From positions 5 to 64,004 of the forward strand of contig CALBGO010000021.1 in NCBI GenBank assembly GCA_937894585.1: DNA of 64,000 bases, in the 5' to 3' direction. This stretch comes from an uncultured Eubacterium sp. (GTDB lineage Bacteria > Bacillota > Clostridia > Peptostreptococcales > Anaerovoracaceae). Below the pieces are notes generated by a model that had not been told where the DNA came from, did not search any database, and saw nothing but the letters and a program-made list of their open reading frames with translations. The position numbers and the translations under genes are program-made. The number at the start of each line of letters is the position of its first letter. Position 1 is the stretch's first letter. Shown in pieces: positions 60,522 to 64,000 of this stretch.

Positions 60522-62726
60522 TTATTTGTAAGTTCTGATGGCCTGTTTTGACCACTGGGTATAGTAGTCTGTTCCGTTGATTTCACGGACGCCCCGAACT
60601 CTGTAGTAATATCTTGTACCCTTCTTCAGATTTTTTGTATTCTTGTAGGACTTCCAGTTTCCGTTAGGTGTTTTATATAACGGTTTTTCACTGTATTCAC
60701 CCTTTTTTGTGCTTCTGTAAATCTCGAAGTGATCCATTTTATAGCCGTAGGATTTGGTCCATTTTACACGGATATATCCGCTGCCAAGCTCTGAACGGGC
60801 TGTCATTGTAGTGTTCTGCACACCCTCGATCAGTTTTTTGTCAGGGTTTTCCTCCGGTGCACGGTAGGTTCTGATCGCCTGATTGGACCAAGGAGTGTAG
60901 TATTTCTCTCCGTCGATTTCGCAGACACCGCGAAGTCTATAGTAGTATTTTACGCCGTCTGTCAAATTCTTTGTATTTTTGTAGTAATTCGATGTACCTG
61001 ATTTGGTGGTGAAAATCGGTTTGTCGTCATATACGCCGGAGGTTTCGCTCCTGTAAACTTCGAAATAGTCAAGGTTTGCGCTCTCGGTTCTTTCCCAGTC
61101 AAGACGAATGAACTTCTCACCCAGCGTAGAGCTTACTTTGATTTCGGTGCTTTCCACACTGTCGATTAAATCCTGATTTGGATTATCAGGTTCCGCCGGT
61201 GTATCTTTTTTGGTTACATGAATTTTTACTTCCCGAATTGCTTTTTCACAGTTTTTGGTTTCCGGACTGGTTACTGTAATGGTTACGGTGCCGGTGCCGC
61301 CCTGCAGGGAGACTTTACCATTCTGGTCCACAGTCGCAATGTCGGTATTATCGGATTTATAGGTCAGATCCGCGTCACTGTTGCATTTTGTGTTGAGAGT
61401 GAAATCTTCGCGGTCGGTGGTTCTGTAGTAATTCACATAACCGGTAAAGGTCGGCTTCAGCTTTAGAATCTTAAAGTTTTTGGAAATAGTTCCTGTGAAG
61501 TTTCTCTTGCCGGTAACTTTGACGGTCGCTGTTCCTGCGCTTCTGTTGTTGGACCAGCTGAGAGTGTAGTCGGTACCTTTCTTCAAAACGGTTCCGTTGT
61601 AGGTTACTTTCGGTGAAGGAATCTTCAGTTTGCCGCTGTAGGTGACATCTTTGATATCGGCTACTTTACCGCCGTTGGAAATATTGGTTCTGCTGATGGT
61701 AAACGGCACTAATTTTACATTGGAGTAGCTGCCGAGACCTTCGATTCTTGCATAAGCCGTTCCTGCCAGAACATTTTTCAGATAATGTACTTTATAGTCT
61801 GTGCTTTCTGTCAGGGTTTTTCCGTTATAGGAGACGGAAACGGAAGGCTCTCTTTTTGCTGTGTTGTACTGGTAGCTCTTCTGTCCCAAGGTGACATCGG
61901 CGTTCTTAATGGATTTGGTGCCGCTTTGGGTAATCTCCGCATCATTATCATAATACCAGAAGTTGCAGTCGGTTCTTCCGCTGATGCCGGAAACACTGCC
62001 GCCGGAGGTATACTGCCATGTATCATAAGGGCGTTCATAGCTGTTGTCGGAGGAGTACTGGGCAAGCCATACCCTGTATTTGCTGTCAATCATATTCATA
62101 TTGAGTTTGCCGCCGCCCGGGTTGAGATACGGGGAGGCTACATTTCTGAATGTGTAGAACATCGATTTATAATCGGAGTTCTTTTCGATATAGTTCATAA
62201 AAGCAAGGCAGTTGGATGTGGCTTTGCTTTTTCTGGTGCCGGAACTCCAGCTGTTGTATGCGCTGCCCTGTCTGCCGTCCAGTTCGAAGTCAAATACTAC
62301 GGGAAGATCGAGTTCCCGGCCGTTTAGCACATCAAGGCAGAACTGAGCTTCCTTCTGGGCTTCGCTGATGGAAATTGCGGTGGAGTAGTAGTAAACGCCT
62401 ACCATGATGCCGGCTTCTTTTGCCTCCTGATAGTTCTGCTCAAAATAGCTGTCAAGATTTCTTCTGAACGGAGAGTCCAGATAGGAAAAGCCGAGACGGA
62501 TATATGCGTAGTCAATACCGTGTTTTTTGACTTTTTCCCAGTTGACATCTGCTTGCCACTCGGATACATCGATGCCGTCGAGCACGATGGTGTCGGAAAA
62601 CTGCGAAGGGTGGGTGTAACCGCCTTCATCTACAATTGCATTACTGGCAAAAGCCATACTGCAGGTAATGAAGAGGGCAGTGGCGGAAAACAGTGCTGTC
62701 AGAAATAGTCGTTTCAGTTTCTTCAT
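60522..62726 (-). CDS. Secreted GH25 muramidase with Ig-like and two Fn3-like domains
   Basis: Signal peptide, GIDVSEWQ, GVYYYS, PVVFDFE, WLAQY, WQYTS.G.V.GI.G..D; duplicated C-terminal ~100-aa domain. Confidence 0.88.
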   Translation of the reverse strand: MKKLKRLFLTALFSATALFITCSMAFASNAIVDEGGYTHPSQFSDTIVLDGIDVSEWQADVNWEKVKKHGIDYAYIRLGFSYLDSPFRRNLDSYFEQNYQEAKEAGIMVGVYYYSTAISISEAQKEAQFCLDVLNGRELDLPVVFDFELDGRQGSAYNSWSSGTRKSKATSNCLAFMNYIEKNSDYKSMFYTFRNVASPYLNPGGGKLNMNMIDSKYRVWLAQYSSDNSYERPYDTWQYTSGGSVSGISGRTDCNFWYYDNDAEITQSGTKSIKNADVTLGQKSYQYNTAKREPSVSVSYNGKTLTESTDYKVHYLKNVLAGTAYARIEGLGSYSNVKLVPFTISRTNISNGGKVADIKDVTYSGKLKIPSPKVTYNGTVLKKGTDYTLSWSNNRSAGTATVKVTGKRNFTGTISKNFKILKLKPTFTGYVNYYRTTDREDFTLNTKCNSDADLTYKSDNTDIATVDQNGKVSLQGGTGTVTITVTSPETKNCEKAIREVKIHVTKKDTPAEPDNPNQDLIDSVESTEIKVSSTLGEKFIRLDWERTESANLDYFEVYRSETSGVYDDKPIFTTKSGTSNYYKNTKNLTDGVKYYYRLRGVCEIDGEKYYTPWSNQAIRTYRAPEENPDKKLIEGVQNTTMTARSELGSGYIRVKWTKSYGYKMDHFEIYRSTKKGEYSEKPLYKTPNGNWKSYKNTKNLKKGTRYYYRVRGVREINGTDYYTQWSKQAIRTYK

Positions 62727-62879
62727 GTTCTCTCTCCTTAGTTTCTGAATCGTTAAAGTTATAATTTATACTATGCGTTATTATCTTAACAGAAACAGCG
62801 AATTTTGTCGACTGCATAGGAAGATTTTTCACACAGACTTCTTGAAACCTTCATTAAAATAAGGTATCATCAAAGTATT

Positions 62880-63779
62880 ATGTTAGGTTATGTTACGATT
62901 GAAAAAAGCGAGCTGAAGGTTCGGGAATTCGAGGTGTATCAGGGATATTACTGCGGCATCTGTAAGTCGATCGGCCGGCACTGCGGACAGATTCCGCGCC
63001 TGTGTTTAAGTTACGATGCAGTATTTCTTGCGTTGCTTCTGGCAGGTCTTGATGAGACAGAGGATGTTTTGGAACGGGAACATTGTATCATTCATCCGAT
63101 TCAGAAAAAACCGGTAATTTATGGGAATAAAGGGGTTGACTATGCGGCGGATGTTATGGTGATTCTGGCTTATCATAAATTTTTAGACGATTGGAATGAC
63201 GAAAAAAGTCCTTCGTCTCTGGCGGGAACAAGCACTCTGTATTGTTCTTACCGGAAACTGAAGAAGCAGTATCCGTCTCTCTGTGAAGAGGTGGAAACGG
63301 GGCTGAAAAAACTGTCTGCGCTGGAAAAGGACAAATCCGGCTCTTTGGATTTAACCGGCGGGGCTTTCGCAGATATTATGGAAACTCTTTTTACCGGATT
63401 TTTCAAAGGAGAAGGGCAGATGAGGCAGCCTGATTTGCAAGGCGCGGGCACAGAGGGAGGAGTTTCCGGCTGCGGTGCAAAGATGAAGATTCTTGCACAG
63501 TTGGGACGGAGTCTGGGAAAGTGGATTTACGCAGCAGATGCTCTTGATGATTACGAAAAAGACTGCAGGAGCAAAAATTACAATCCCTTCATTTATCGAA
63601 AAAATAAGCTTGAGGGAATTGATGATTTGCTATATAATTATCTTGCAGAAATCTCGAATGCGTACGACCTTCTGAATCTGTCAAAGAACAGAGGTATCGT
63701 TGAGAATATTATTTTTATGGGAATCAGACGGAGAACGGATCGGATTCTCAGTGAGAAAGGATCAGAACAGACAATATGA
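62880..63779 (+). CDS. DUF5685 family protein
   Basis: MLGYV, YYCGICK, LSYD.VFL, K..DDW.DE, G.WIY..DA.DD...D, YNPF. Confidence 0.75.
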   Translation: MLGYVTIEKSELKVREFEVYQGYYCGICKSIGRHCGQIPRLCLSYDAVFLALLLAGLDETEDVLEREHCIIHPIQKKPVIYGNKGVDYAADVMVILAYHKFLDDWNDEKSPSSLAGTSTLYCSYRKLKKQYPSLCEEVETGLKKLSALEKDKSGSLDLTGGAFADIMETLFTGFFKGEGQMRQPDLQGAGTEGGVSGCGAKMKILAQLGRSLGKWIYAADALDDYEKDCRSKNYNPFIYRKNKLEGIDDLLYNYLAEISNAYDLLNLSKNRGIVENIIFMGIRRRTDRILSEKGSEQTI

Positions 63780-64000
63780 ACAATCCATATGAAGTACTTG
63801 GAGTCAAGCCGGGCGCTTCCAACGCAGAAATTAAAGCTGCATACAAAGAACTTGTAAAGAAGTATCATCCGGACAAATATCAGAATAATCCGCTGGCAGA
63901 TCTTGCTGAAGAGAAGCTGCAGGAGGTCAATGAAGCCTATGATATGCTGATGAAGCAGGGCGCAGGTGCGGCCGGCGCAGGTAGACAGGCATCTTCCGCC
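63776..64000 (+). CDS. J-domain protein (runs off the window end)
   Basis: [23 protein letters not shown]; overlaps the DUF5685 stop. Confidence 0.85.
   Translation, partial: MNNPYEVLGVKPGASNAEIKAAYKELVKKYHPDKYQNNPLADLAEEKLQEVNEAYDMLMKQGAGAAGAGRQASSA

Noticed and set aside
60522..62726. GH25 lysozyme as evidence of a prophage
   Set aside because: Has a Sec signal and surface domains; no holin, integrase or structural genes nearby

Overview
64 kb of chromosome from a spore-forming Clostridia-class anaerobe (gene content suggests an Anaerovoracaceae-like gut bacterium; this is inference). Almost all genes are on the + strand. The main accessory element is a ~15 kb flavonoid/phloroglucinol catabolic region (2089-17484) made of three separately regulated modules. 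Module 1 is LysR plus a small membrane protein, flavone reductase (FLR), bacterial chalcone isomerase (CHI) and an uncharacterised His-rich LVIVD beta-propeller. Module 2 is a PAS-sigma54 activator driving BKACE, a Zn-ribbon protein, a 3-hydroxyacyl dehydrogenase and an NCS2 permease. Module 3 is HxlR plus cupin, phloroglucinol reductase, cyclase and an MFS transporter. No Fcr or phloretin hydrolase is present in the window, which makes the propeller protein a candidate for the auronol (alphitonin) cleavage step, which to my knowledge has no assigned enzyme. The rest of the window holds NAD salvage genes, murE, a VTC-2xDUF4956-sigI/rsgI locus, the conserved rpsT-gpr-spoIIP-lepA-hemW-hrcA-grpE-dnaK-dnaJ-prmA-rsmE-mtaB-hit-rpsU-yqeY backbone with insertions, lysO paralogs (one broken), carD, the pot operon, two M20 amidohydrolases and a GH25 lysozyme. 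Notable non-coding features are a covarying ~120-nt hairpin element present twice, a long hairpin leader before lysO, and a 36-bp duplication flanking a 35-bp insert. All homology calls come from motifs and recalled sequences; no searches were run.
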